Shown: one piece after another, positions 30,658 to 39,770 of the stretch
Layout of the letters: every line of letters starts with the position of its first letter
Numbering within the stretch: position 1 is the stretch's first letter
Assembly (NCBI GenBank): GCA_032654565.1
Contig: JAULAX010000015.1
Location: 1,024,001 to 1,088,000, forward strand
Source of the DNA: Anaeromyxobacteraceae bacterium
Lineage (GTDB): Bacteria > Myxococcota > Myxococcia > Myxococcales > Anaeromyxobacteraceae
Reading direction: 5' to 3'
Length of the DNA: 64,000 nt
The notes under the pieces: model-generated
Databases searched by the model: none
Told to the model about the DNA's origin: nothing
Seen by the model: only the letters and a program-made list of their open reading frames with translations
Program-made: the position numbers and the translations under genes

Positions 30658-31806
30658 ATGCCCCTGGCCGCCCTGCTGCCCGCGCTGTTGCTCGCCGTCA
30701 CGCCCGCCGTCCCGGTCCCCGCGCCGGCCGCGCCTGTGCCCACGCCGGCGCCATCGGCAAGGCTGGCCAAGGTGGTGGTGGGGGACTTCGTGCTGGCGGG
30801 GGCGGCGCACCCGGACCTGGGGCGGGTGCTGTCGGACGCGGCGGCGAGGGGGGTGCAGGGGACGGCGGGGCTGGCGGTGATGGGGCAGGGGGAGATCTCG
30901 GCGATCCTGGGGCTGGAGAAGACCCGGCAGATGATGGGGTGCGGCGAGGAGCAGGGGTGCGTGTCGGAGCTGGGGAAGGCGCTCGACGCCGACTTCCTGG
31001 TGTCGGGGACGCTGACCCTGCTGGAGCGGACGGCGCTGCTGACGGTGCGGTTCATCGACGTGAGGAGGAACCAGACGCAGTCGAGGACCACGGCGATGCT
31101 GCTGGACGCCACCGAGGCGGAGCTGGTGGACGGGGCGACGCGGCTGGCGCACGAGGCGGTGACGGGGAAGAAGCTGGACACCTCGGGGACGGTCCGGGTG
31201 AGCGTGAGCCGGAGCGGGGCCGACGTGACGCTGGACGGGAAGAGCCTGGGGGCGAGCCCGGTGACCGGGACGCAGCGGGTGCTGGAGGGGCCGCACACGG
31301 TGACGGTGCAGAAGGCGGGCTACATCCGCTGGTCGACGACGGTGAACGTGGCGGCGGGGCAGTCGGTGGCGGTGGAGGCGGAGCTGGTGCCGCTGGTGCT
31401 GCAGGGGGAGGCGGCCCGGTCGAGGCTCTGGACCTGGGGGTGGGTGTCGGCGGGGGTGGCGGTGTCGACCGGGGCGGCCGGGGTGCTGTTCGGGCGGATG
31501 GCCGACTCGAGCTACAAGAAGTACCAGGCGGCCACCGAGCGATCGACGGCGGTGCAGCTGCACGACGAGACCAAGCTGAGGACCACCATGGCCAACGTCT
31601 CCTGGGGGATCGCCGGGACGGCGGCGGTGGCGTCGGTGGGGCTGCTGGTGACGGCCATCGTGCAGGACGCCCGGGCCGCCAACGACCTGGCGCCGGCCGA
31701 GCCGCCCACGCCGGGGCTGTCGACGACCAAGAAGGTGACCACGGCCAGCGCCGAGGTCCAGCCGCTCCCCGGCGGCGCCGCCCTGGCGCTGGTCATCCCG
31801 TTCTAG
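30658..31806 (+). CDS. Secreted CsgG/TolB-N-like + PEGA protein with C-terminal hydrophobic hairpin
   Basis: SD GAGGAG; GC..EQGCVSELGKALDADFLVSG; PEGA GADVTLDGKSLGASP..GPHTVTVQKAGY; ANVSWGIAG. Confidence 0.8.
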   Translation: MPLAALLPALLLAVTPAVPVPAPAAPVPTPAPSARLAKVVVGDFVLAGAAHPDLGRVLSDAAARGVQGTAGLAVMGQGEISAILGLEKTRQMMGCGEEQGCVSELGKALDADFLVSGTLTLLERTALLTVRFIDVRRNQTQSRTTAMLLDATEAELVDGATRLAHEAVTGKKLDTSGTVRVSVSRSGADVTLDGKSLGASPVTGTQRVLEGPHTVTVQKAGYIRWSTTVNVAAGQSVAVEAELVPLVLQGEAARSRLWTWGWVSAGVAVSTGAAGVLFGRMADSSYKKYQAATERSTAVQLHDETKLRTTMANVSWGIAGTAAVASVGLLVTAIVQDARAANDLAPAEPPTPGLSTTKKVTTASAEVQPLPGGAALALVIPF

Positions 31807-31815
31807 GAGACCGAC

Positions 31816-34800
31816 ATGCGCGCGACCAAGGTGATGGCGGTGCTGGCGGCGGTGGTGGTGCTCTCCGGGTGCAGCTACGCCTACCGGAACCCGGCCGAGG
31901 ACCTGGGGCCGGGCGAGGTGGGAGGGCGGACGGTGGCCGGGGTGGAGGTGTTCATCGACGGGGTGGCGGTGGGGGTGAAGGGGGCGCAGCTCGACGCCAC
32001 CAGCCGCGCCAACGGCCGGTTCGCCATGCTGCCGCTGCCGGTGGGCCGGCACACGCTGATGTTCCGCAAGGGCAAGGAGCGGGCCCTGCAGCGAGAGGTG
32101 GACGTCGCCTGGGGCAAGGACGGCCAGCCGCAGGGGCTCTGGCTCGGCGACGTGACGGTGCCGGCGGCGGTCACCATCGCCGGCGAATGCGAGACCACCG
32201 ACGGGAGCTGGCTGGCCGAGAACGGCGTCGCCGTCGACGAGGTGAGCGGCGACGTGGTCACCATCCACGGCGACTGGGAGTACGGTGACTTCGCCTTCGA
32301 GGGGCTCTCGATCGGCCAGCACCGGATCCGGGTCTTCGCCAGCGACGAGTTCGGCGACCCCTGGGTGGGCGGCCCGGTCGAGGTGACGCTGCTGCCCTCC
32401 GACGCCGGCACCCGAAAGACCCTGACCCGCCTCACGCTCCACCGGGTCGGCGACCCCGCCACCGACACCGGGCTGGTCAGGCTCAAGTTCAGCGTCGCCG
32501 GCGCCCGCGACGTCGCCAACCTGAAGCTGTCCGACCTGACCGTGACCGGGCTGCCGCCGGGCACCAGCTTCGGCTCCGACGGCGTGGCCCAGGTGGACCT
32601 GCCGGAGGGGCTCTGGACGGTGGCCATCAAGCTGCCGGCCGGCTTCGACCAGGTGCTGCCGCCGCGGCCCGTCACCTTCGTGGCGGTCAAGGGGAAGACC
32701 CTCGACCTCGGCACCCTCTACGCCGTGGCCCCGGACGCCACCAGCAAGGCCACCCGCGGCTGCCACACCGACGCCGACTGCGCCCCGGGCGCCTGCGGCT
32801 CGGGCGGGATCTGCGACGCCGGCTACGTGGCGCCGGTGCAGGCCTCCGCCAGCCTGCCCTGGTGCGACCTGAGCACCAGCGCCTGCACCGTGGGCCCCTA
32901 CCGCGGGGTCTGGGGCTGGAACGGCACCGCCTACGGCTACGGCCCGCCCTACACCGCCACCTGCGCCAGCTACGCCGACGGCACCGCCACCGTGGCCGTG
33001 GCCTGCGGCGCCTCCTGCACCCCCGACGGGCTCACCATCCTCGAGGGCACGCCGACCATGCCGGGCTGCCTCCCGGTCGTCCCGCTGGTGGTCACGCCGT
33101 CCAGCGCCATCCGCCCGGGCGACTGCTCGGCGTTCGACGTGATCACCTTCACCGCAACCGGGGGAACCCCGCCCTACGTCTGGCCCCAGCCCATGCAGCC
33201 GTCGGTCGACGGCTCCTCCGCCACCTGGGACGCCTGCGACAGGTCCGAGCGCGACTACCCTCTCCAGGTCACCGACTCGGGCAGCCCGCCTCAGTCCGTC
33301 GTCGTCACCGCCACGGTCGATTGGCCCCCACGCGTCAGCTCGGCCTCCCCGTACTGGGGCCAGATGGCGGTCCCGGTCACGTCGGTCATCCAGGCCACCT
33401 TCAACGAGCCGCTGGCCCCGGCCTCTGTCAGCGACGCCGCCATCACCGTCTCCGTCCTCGGCGCCCCGGTGATCGGCAGTGTGACGCTGGACGCGCCGGG
33501 GACCACCCTCACCTTCACGCCCATCGATCCGCTGCCGACCGACGCCATGGTCGACGTGACCGTCAACACCACCGTCACGGACCTGCTGGGGATCTCGCCG
33601 TCCTATCCGGATTCCTGGTACTTCAACACGGTCACCTCGACCAAGGCCATCAGCAGCTTCTCGCTGGCCGGCGTGGCCGGGACCATCGACGAGGCGGGCA
33701 AGACCGTCTCCGTCACCCTCCCGGCCGGCACCGCCGTCACCGCGCTGGTCGCCACCTACACCAGCACCGGCGTCGGCGTCGCCGTCGGCGCCACGCCGCA
33801 GGTGAGCGGCACCACCGCCAACGACTTCACCCTCCCCGTCACCTACGTGGTCACCGCCGAGGATGGCAGCACGGCCAGCTACCTGGTCACGGTCACCGCG
33901 CCGGCGCTGGTGGGCAACACCTGGTCGCCCACCTCCACGCTCGGAGCGCCCGCGGCGAGCGGGGCCTCCGTGGTCTGGACGGGGACCCAGCTGATCGTCT
34001 GGGGCGGGACCGTGGCGGCCCTGCCGACCAACACCGGCGGCCGGTACGACCTGGCGGCCGACGCCTGGACGCCCACCTCCACGACCGGCGCACCCACCGC
34101 GAGGTCCGTCGCCGGTGCGGCCTGGACCGGGACCGAGCTGATCGTCTGGGGTGGCTTCGACGGGGCCAACCGGCTCAACAGCGGCGGCCGCTACGTCCCG
34201 GCCACCGACACCTGGTCGGGCATGTCCACCCTGAACGCCCCTTCGCCCAGGTTTGGCCACTCCATGCTCTGGACCGGGACCGAGCTGATCGTCTGGGGCG
34301 GGAACGACGGCAACAGCATCGTCGGCAACTTCGGCACCACCAACACCGGCGCCCGCTACGACCCGGCCACCGACCTCTGGACGCCCCTGTCCACGGCCGG
34401 CGCGCCCACCGGAAGGTTCAAGGCCCCCGCCGTCTGGACCGGGACCGAGCTGATCGTCTGGGGCGGGGACAGCGGCAACGGCTACCTCGCCTCCGGCGGC
34501 CGCTATGTCGTGGCCTCCGACACCTGGACCGCCACCGCCACGCTGGGTGCCCCGGTGGCGCTCGACCAGCACTCCGCGGTCTGGACCGGCACCGAGATGA
34601 TCGTCTGGGGCGGGGAGGACCAGAGCTACAAGCCTCAGGGCTCCGGCAGCCGCTACGCCCCGGCCACCGACAGCTGGGCTCCGGTCTCGCTGACCGGGGC
34701 GCCCGCGGCGCGACGCACGCACACCGCGGTCTGGACCGGGACAGAGATGATCGTCTGGGGGGGGTGGAACGGGACCGCGGTCATCGACAGCGGCGGCCGC

Positions 34801-34962
34801 TACCTGCCGGCCTCCGACAGCTGGACCTCGACCACGCTCACCGCCGCCCCTTCGGCCAGGTTCGACCACGCCGCGGTCTGGACCGGGGCGGTGATGGTGG
34901 TCTGGGGCGGGAGCGACGGCCTCGGGGTCCCGGCCACAGCCGGCGGGCGCTACACGCCCTGA
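31816..34962 (+). CDS. Large lipoprotein: carboxypeptidase-regulatory-like, Cys-rich and Ig-like domains plus 7 Kelch-like blades
   Basis: Lipobox LSGC; IQATFNEPL (Big_5-like); YVVTAEDGS..SY; 7x WTG..(L/M).VWGG. Confidence 0.85.
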   Translation: MRATKVMAVLAAVVVLSGCSYAYRNPAEDLGPGEVGGRTVAGVEVFIDGVAVGVKGAQLDATSRANGRFAMLPLPVGRHTLMFRKGKERALQREVDVAWGKDGQPQGLWLGDVTVPAAVTIAGECETTDGSWLAENGVAVDEVSGDVVTIHGDWEYGDFAFEGLSIGQHRIRVFASDEFGDPWVGGPVEVTLLPSDAGTRKTLTRLTLHRVGDPATDTGLVRLKFSVAGARDVANLKLSDLTVTGLPPGTSFGSDGVAQVDLPEGLWTVAIKLPAGFDQVLPPRPVTFVAVKGKTLDLGTLYAVAPDATSKATRGCHTDADCAPGACGSGGICDAGYVAPVQASASLPWCDLSTSACTVGPYRGVWGWNGTAYGYGPPYTATCASYADGTATVAVACGASCTPDGLTILEGTPTMPGCLPVVPLVVTPSSAIRPGDCSAFDVITFTATGGTPPYVWPQPMQPSVDGSSATWDACDRSERDYPLQVTDSGSPPQSVVVTATVDWPPRVSSASPYWGQMAVPVTSVIQATFNEPLAPASVSDAAITVSVLGAPVIGSVTLDAPGTTLTFTPIDPLPTDAMVDVTVNTTVTDLLGISPSYPDSWYFNTVTSTKAISSFSLAGVAGTIDEAGKTVSVTLPAGTAVTALVATYTSTGVGVAVGATPQVSGTTANDFTLPVTYVVTAEDGSTASYLVTVTAPALVGNTWSPTSTLGAPAASGASVVWTGTQLIVWGGTVAALPTNTGGRYDLAADAWTPTSTTGAPTARSVAGAAWTGTELIVWGGFDGANRLNSGGRYVPATDTWSGMSTLNAPSPRFGHSMLWTGTELIVWGGNDGNSIVGNFGTTNTGARYDPATDLWTPLSTAGAPTGRFKAPAVWTGTELIVWGGDSGNGYLASGGRYVVASDTWTATATLGAPVALDQHSAVWTGTEMIVWGGEDQSYKPQGSGSRYAPATDSWAPVSLTGAPAARRTHTAVWTGTEMIVWGGWNGTAVIDSGGRYLPASDSWTSTTLTAAPSARFDHAAVWTGAVMVVWGGSDGLGVPATAGGRYTP

Positions 34963-35062
34963 GCGGCGCTCCGCGTCCGGCACCGGCAGCAAGCACCGCA
35001 GCCGCGGCGAGGCGAGCCGGCCCAGCCGGCCGGCCTCGAGTCGGGCCGGTCGTCCGGGAAGG

Positions 35063-35593
35063 TCACGTCGCCGTGGAGAGCGCCGCCAGCGTCGCCTGCC
35101 ACCCGGCGCTGAGGCCGGCCTGGCGCGCCCCCTTCACCATCACCGCCAGGTAGGTGGGGGAGGGGGTGGCCTCGGCGGGGAGCCGGCGGCTGGCCGCGGC
35201 CCGGAAGGCCACCGCCGGGACCGGCGCCGAGCCGTCCAGCGGCTCCAGCGTCACCTCGACGGCGGTGTAGAGGCCGGAGACCGCCCCCTCCTTGTGCTCC
35301 ACCAGCCCCCGGGCCGCCCCCGGCATGGGGAGGGCCAGCCCCTCCACCTGCTGCCCGGGCGCCTCGGCCAGGCTGGCCACCGCGCCTCCCCAGAACTTGG
35401 AGACCACGTCGAAGCTGAGCCGCCAGCCGGTGAGCCGGGCCGGCCGGGCCCGGGCGAAGTCGGGGACCTGGTAGCCGTGGGCCACGGCCCACTCGGCGAA
35501 GGCGGCGCGGTCGAGGGAGGAGCCGTAGACGAACCAGGTGAAGTCGGTGCCGGCGGCGGCCTCGTGGGCCTTGCCGAAGATGGGGATGGGCAT
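35063..35593 (-). CDS. Gamma-glutamylcyclotransferase family protein
   Basis: WFVYGSSLD, ARLTGWRLSF, HKEG..Y, PSPTYL. Confidence 0.85.
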   Translation of the reverse strand: MPIPIFGKAHEAAAGTDFTWFVYGSSLDRAAFAEWAVAHGYQVPDFARARPARLTGWRLSFDVVSKFWGGAVASLAEAPGQQVEGLALPMPGAARGLVEHKEGAVSGLYTAVEVTLEPLDGSAPVPAVAFRAAASRRLPAEATPSPTYLAVMVKGARQAGLSAGWQATLAALSTAT

Positions 35594-35634
35594 GTGGCCC
35601 GGGATCTAACCGGACCGGGCCCCGCCGGCCGGGA

Positions 35635-36204
35635 TTACTCGGTGAGCCCCTGCTCCTTCACCAGCCGCGCCAGGTCGGTCTTGAGCCGCTCGTAGCGCTT
35701 GCGGACGGTGGCCGCCTCGACCGCCGGCCCGTTCCCGGAGAGCACCTCGGCCACCTCGTTCCAGCCCAGCTGCTGGTCGAGCCGCAGGAAGAGCAGGGTC
35801 TGCTCCTCGGGGGTCAGCGTGGCGCGAAGCTTGTCGAGACCGCGCCGGTGCACCTCGTCGCGCACCACCGACCGGGTGCGGATGTCGGCCGCCAGCCCCG
35901 AGGCCTCGCCGCTCTCCAGCCGGCGCCCCAGCCGCCGGAAGGTGTCGGAGCGGACGTGCATCGCCGAGCACCAGGCCAGCTTGTAGGCCCAGGTCTTGAA
36001 GGAGGCCTCGCCGCGGTAGCTGCCGATCCCGCGCCAGAGGTCCTCGGCGAAGTTGGAGAAGGCGTCGGCGGCGTCGTTGTCGTCGCGGAGGATGGAGCGC
36101 AGGTAGCCGAGCACCTTGGGACCGAAGCCCTGGATGGCCGCGGTGGCGGCGCCGCGCAGGTCTCCCGCGGCAAGCAGCTCCTGGACCTTCGCCTCGACGG
36201 CCAT
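35635..36204 (-). CDS. ECF sigma factor (paralogue 2)
   Basis: Collinear with paralogue 1; second Met preferred because TACCAT lies 6 nt upstream of it. Confidence 0.9.
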   Translation of the reverse strand: MAVEAKVQELLAAGDLRGAATAAIQGFGPKVLGYLRSILRDDNDAADAFSNFAEDLWRGIGSYRGEASFKTWAYKLAWCSAMHVRSDTFRRLGRRLESGEASGLAADIRTRSVVRDEVHRRGLDKLRATLTPEEQTLLFLRLDQQLGWNEVAEVLSGNGPAVEAATVRKRYERLKTDLARLVKEQGLTE

Positions 36205-36249
36205 ACCCATATGGTACCCGCCCGACGGACCTCGATCGAGCGGAACCGG

Positions 36250-36304
36250 CCGAAAAGGTAAGCGGCGAGGGCCCGGACCTCCAGAGGTGGACCCGGACCC
36301 TCGC
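36250..36304 (-). terminator. Strong hairpin with short U tail on the minus strand
   Basis: GCGAGGGTCCGGGTCCA-cctc-TGGAGGTCCGGGCCCTCGC followed by CGCTTACCTTTT. Confidence 0.5.
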
Positions 36305-36491
36305 GCTCACGGCGGCCCCCCGCCACGAAAGCGGTCAGCCCCAGAGCCCCCCGGCTCTGTATGTGGAGACCGGGCACGGCCGCCGATGTGACGGCCCCCG
36401 GAAGAAATTCTGGGTGGCCGGCGTCACCGACCCCGGAGGGGCTGCCGGGGACCTCCGGCGGCGCGCCGCGCGGGGCCCGCAGGTCCCTCGA

Positions 36492-37427
36492 TCAGATGAC
36501 GCTGGAGAAGAGCCCACGCCATGGCCAGCGGCCGGAGAGGCCGCTCCGCACCGCGGAGAGCTCGTCGAGCCACTCGGCCGCCGACGGGGGGCGGTCGCCG
36601 GGGTCGGGCGACAGCCCGGCGGCGAGGAGCCGGCGCAGCCGCCGGGGCAGGGCCACGCCGGTGGGGTGGGCGGCCCGGCCGGCGCCGGCGGTGGCGGTGA
36701 GCATCTGCTGGAGGACGGCGGTGAGGGCGTACAGGTCGCTCCGCTCGTCCCCCGGCCAGCCGGCCTGCTGCTCCGGGGAGACCTCCGGCCCGGCGTCGTC
36801 CCCGGCGCCGGAGGGGAGGCGTCGCCCCGGCGAGAAGTCGAGGACCTTCACCGCGCCGTCGTCGCAGACGAAGACCTTGGCGGTGGTGAGCCCGCGGTGG
36901 ATCACGCCGACCGCGTGGGCGTGGGCCAGCGCCCGGCCGGCGTCGCCGGCGATGCGGAGCGCGCCGTCGAGGTCGAGCGGCCCGTCCTCGAGGCGGAGCC
37001 GCAGCGTCCGGCCGCGCAGCAGCTCGAACACCAGGTAGGCGCCGGAGTGGCTGGTGCCGACCCCTTGCAGCGCCACGATGTTGGGGTGGTCGAGCCGCTT
37101 GAAGTCGGCCGCCTCCCGCTGCGCCCAGCTGGCCCCCTGCGGCGCGCCCGAGGGGCCGGCGGTGAGCACCTTGATGGCCACCGGCCGCTCCCGCTCCAGG
37201 TCGAGGGCCTCGAACACCACGCCGCTCCGCCCCCGCCCCAGCTCGTGGGCGAGCACGAAGCGGCCCAGCCTGGCGCCCGGGACCAGCCGCGGCCCGAGCC
37301 CGCTGGTCAGGTCGATCTCCGGGGCGCGGACCAGGTAGGCCAGCAGCCGGCTCATCGAGTCGGACGGGCGGACCGGCCCGGGCGACGGCGAGGGCAGCGG
37401 CGTGATGCGTGGGCGCTGGATGGGCAT
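36492..37427 (-). CDS. Ser/Thr kinase-like protein, probably a pseudokinase
   Basis: LGRGRSGVV, VAIKVL and HPNIV present; HRD replaced by HRG, KxxN by TTAK, DFG by DFS. Confidence 0.8.
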   Translation of the reverse strand: MPIQRPRITPLPSPSPGPVRPSDSMSRLLAYLVRAPEIDLTSGLGPRLVPGARLGRFVLAHELGRGRSGVVFEALDLERERPVAIKVLTAGPSGAPQGASWAQREAADFKRLDHPNIVALQGVGTSHSGAYLVFELLRGRTLRLRLEDGPLDLDGALRIAGDAGRALAHAHAVGVIHRGLTTAKVFVCDDGAVKVLDFSPGRRLPSGAGDDAGPEVSPEQQAGWPGDERSDLYALTAVLQQMLTATAGAGRAAHPTGVALPRRLRRLLAAGLSPDPGDRPPSAAEWLDELSAVRSGLSGRWPWRGLFSSVI

Positions 37428-37514
37428 GGCGGTCGGGTCAGGGCTCGGAGAGCCCCTTCTGGGTTGACCGCCGCCGACACCAAACGTGACAGGGGATCCG
37501 GGGGACCCCCCGGA

Positions 37515-38177
37515 TCAGCGCCCGGGGCGACGCAGCAGGACGTAGAGCGCCCCGGCGCCGCCGTCGGCGGGGCGGGCCGAGGCGAAGGCCAGGACCGACC
37601 GTCCGAACTCCCCGGCGGCGAGCCAGCCGTGGAGCGCCTCCTTGAGCACCGGCAGCTGGGACTCGGAGTGCCGCCCCCGGCCATGGACCAGCAGGACGCA
37701 GCGTCGTCCCCCGAGCCGCTCCTGGCGGAGGAACCGCTCCACCGCGCCGCGCGCCTCGTCGCGGGTGAGCCCGTGCAGGTCGAGCCGCGCCTCCACCGGG
37801 TAGTCGCCGCGCTTCAGCCCCCGGACCAGGCCGGCGTCGAGCCCGGCCACCGACCCCTCCAGCCGCGAGTCGCCGGAGGCGAGGTCGAAGCGGGGCGGCT
37901 CGCCCCCCAGCGCCTGCGGCGGGTCCACCAGCGCCAGGTCGGCGAGCCGGGCGCGCCCCTTCGGCGAGCGCGGGGACGGCGTGGGGACCAGGTCGGGGCC
38001 GGCCAGCACCGGGGTGGCGCCGGCCGTGGCCCGGGCCCAGAGCTCGGCCTCGGTGGGCGGTCGGGGCGGCGGCGGGGCGGGGGGCGCCGCGGGCTTCGGC
38101 GCCGGCGCCTGCCTCCGGAGCTCCCTGGCCCGACCGGCCAGCTCCTCGAAGGGGGCGTGGAACGGCTTCTTCTTCAC
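37515..38177 (-). CDS. Smr/MutS2 C-terminal domain protein
   Basis: [28 protein letters not shown]. Confidence 0.9.
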   Translation of the reverse strand: MKKKPFHAPFEELAGRARELRRQAPAPKPAAPPAPPPPRPPTEAELWARATAGATPVLAGPDLVPTPSPRSPKGRARLADLALVDPPQALGGEPPRFDLASGDSRLEGSVAGLDAGLVRGLKRGDYPVEARLDLHGLTRDEARGAVERFLRQERLGGRRCVLLVHGRGRHSESQLPVLKEALHGWLAAGEFGRSVLAFASARPADGGAGALYVLLRRPGR

Positions 38178-38197
38178 GCCCGGACTATAACCGGCAC

Positions 38198-38380
38198 ATG
38201 CCCTACGACGTCGAGTGCCCACGCTGCGGCGCCTGGGTCACCCTCTTCATCGACCCCCGGGGCGGTGACCGGCAGGAGCGCGAGGAGGCCTGCCCGGAGT
38301 GCGGCGAGCCCTGGATGGTGGTGGCGGTGGAGGAGGAGCGGGGCGGCTTCGCGGTCGGGGTGGCGCGGATCGGGGAGTGA
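38198..38380 (+). CDS. Small CPxCG zinc-ribbon protein
   Basis: CPRCG...EACPECGEP, 60 aa. Confidence 0.75.
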   Translation: MPYDVECPRCGAWVTLFIDPRGGDRQEREEACPECGEPWMVVAVEEERGGFAVGVARIGE

Positions 38381-38424
38381 GCGATCAGCTCGATCCGGTC
38401 GAGCGGCCGGCGGGCCCGGGGCGC

Positions 38425-38967
38425 TCACGTCGCGGCGCGACGACGCCTCTTCCGCGGCGCGCTCCGCCGCCCCTCGGCGCGCAGCCGCAGCGCCTCGGAC
38501 CGGAACTGGAGCGCGGCCCGCCGCACGTAGTCGGCCAGCAGGGCCCGCTGGGCCGGGTCATACTCGGCATCGAGGGCCTGCAGCGACCGGACCAGGGGCT
38601 CGTTGAGCGCGATGATCGGGCCGAGCCGCTCCACGCGCAGCGTGACGATGACCCGCCGCCGATCACCGGGGTCGGCCGTCCGCTTCGCGAAGCCGACCCG
38701 CTCCAGCCGGTCGAGGCTCCCGGTGACCGCGCCGGTGGTGAGCCCGGTGGCCTCGGCCAGCTGGCCGGCGGTGCGCGGCCCGTGGACCGCCAGGACCGAG
38801 GCCACCACCAGATCGGAGCGGGCCAGCCCGAGCCGGCCCGCCATCACCTGCTCCAGCAGCCCGGCCGCTTCCCCCAGCTCGTGCAGCACCCGGGCCGGGG
38901 CGTCGGGTGGGCCCGGGGGGGCCAGGGAGTCGAGTGATTCCAAGGGTCGTCGAGGGGTCCTTGACAT
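38425..38967 (-). CDS. MarR family regulator
   Basis: TAGQLAEATGLTTGAVTGSLDRLE..G...R..DPGDRRRV. Confidence 0.9.
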   Translation of the reverse strand: MSRTPRRPLESLDSLAPPGPPDAPARVLHELGEAAGLLEQVMAGRLGLARSDLVVASVLAVHGPRTAGQLAEATGLTTGAVTGSLDRLERVGFAKRTADPGDRRRVIVTLRVERLGPIIALNEPLVRSLQALDAEYDPAQRALLADYVRRAALQFRSEALRLRAEGRRSAPRKRRRRAAT

Positions 38968-39010
38968 GGCGGATCGTTCTGTTTAGTAAGTCATCATCTT
39001 AGTGGCTAAG
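38961..39010 (+). promoter_or_regulatory. Sigma70 promoter TTGACA-17-TAGTAA plus palindromic MarR operator candidate CTTAG-TGG-CTAAG
   Basis: TTGACA at 38961, TAGTAA at 38984, palindrome 38998-39010, between divergent marR and the ABC operon. Confidence 0.6.
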
Positions 39011-39061
39011 TCAAGCCCGGAACCACCCGGGCCGGCGCAGCAGCCTCCACCGGAGCACCCC

Positions 39062-39760
39062 ATGTCGATCATCACGGTCCGCGACGTCACCAAGGACTAC
39101 CTGCTGGGCAAGACCCAGGTGCACGCCCTGCGCGGCGTCACCCTCACCGTCGACCAGGGCGAGTTCCTCTCGGTGGCCGGCCCCTCCGGCTCGGGCAAGA
39201 CCACGCTGCTCAACCTCATCGGCTGCGTCGACACCCCCACCACCGGCGTCGTCGAGGTGGCCGGCCAGGACACCTCGAAGCTCACCGAGCGGGCCCTCAC
39301 CGACCTGCGGCTCCACCAGATCGGCTTCATCTTCCAGAGCTTCAACCTGGTGCAGGTGCTCTCGGTCTTCCAGAACATCGAGTTCCCCCTGCTGCTGCAG
39401 GGCGGGCTGACCCGGGCCGAGCGGGCCAGCCGGGTCAACGGGCTGCTGGAGGCGGTCGGCATCCCCGAGTACGGGCGCCACCGGCCCAGCGAGCTCTCCG
39501 GCGGGCAGCGGCAGCGGGTGGCGGTGGCCCGGGCGCTGGTGACCCGGCCGGCGCTGGTGCTGGCCGACGAGCCGACCGCCAACCTCGACTCGCAGACCGG
39601 GCAGAACATCATCGACCTGATGCGCGACATGAACCGGAAGGACGGCACCACCTTCGTCTTCTCCACCCACGATCCCAAGGTGATGGCCCACGCCAACGCC
39701 ATCGTCCGCATCGCCGACGGCGTGGTGACCGGTCGCGAGCCGGTCGGCGCCACCGCCTGA
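39062..39760 (+). CDS. ABC ATP-binding protein (LolD/MacB-like)
   Basis: GPSGSGKTT, LSGGQRQRV, ADEPTANLD, STHD. Confidence 0.93.
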   Translation: MSIITVRDVTKDYLLGKTQVHALRGVTLTVDQGEFLSVAGPSGSGKTTLLNLIGCVDTPTTGVVEVAGQDTSKLTERALTDLRLHQIGFIFQSFNLVQVLSVFQNIEFPLLLQGGLTRAERASRVNGLLEAVGIPEYGRHRPSELSGGQRQRVAVARALVTRPALVLADEPTANLDSQTGQNIIDLMRDMNRKDGTTFVFSTHDPKVMAHANAIVRIADGVVTGREPVGATA

Positions 39761-39770
39761 GGACGCCGCC

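Noticed and set aside
29725..34992. 1755-aa antisense ORF and the many similar long Arg/Gly/Pro-rich ORFs
   Set aside because: These are high-GC shadow ORFs opposite or out of frame with well-supported genes
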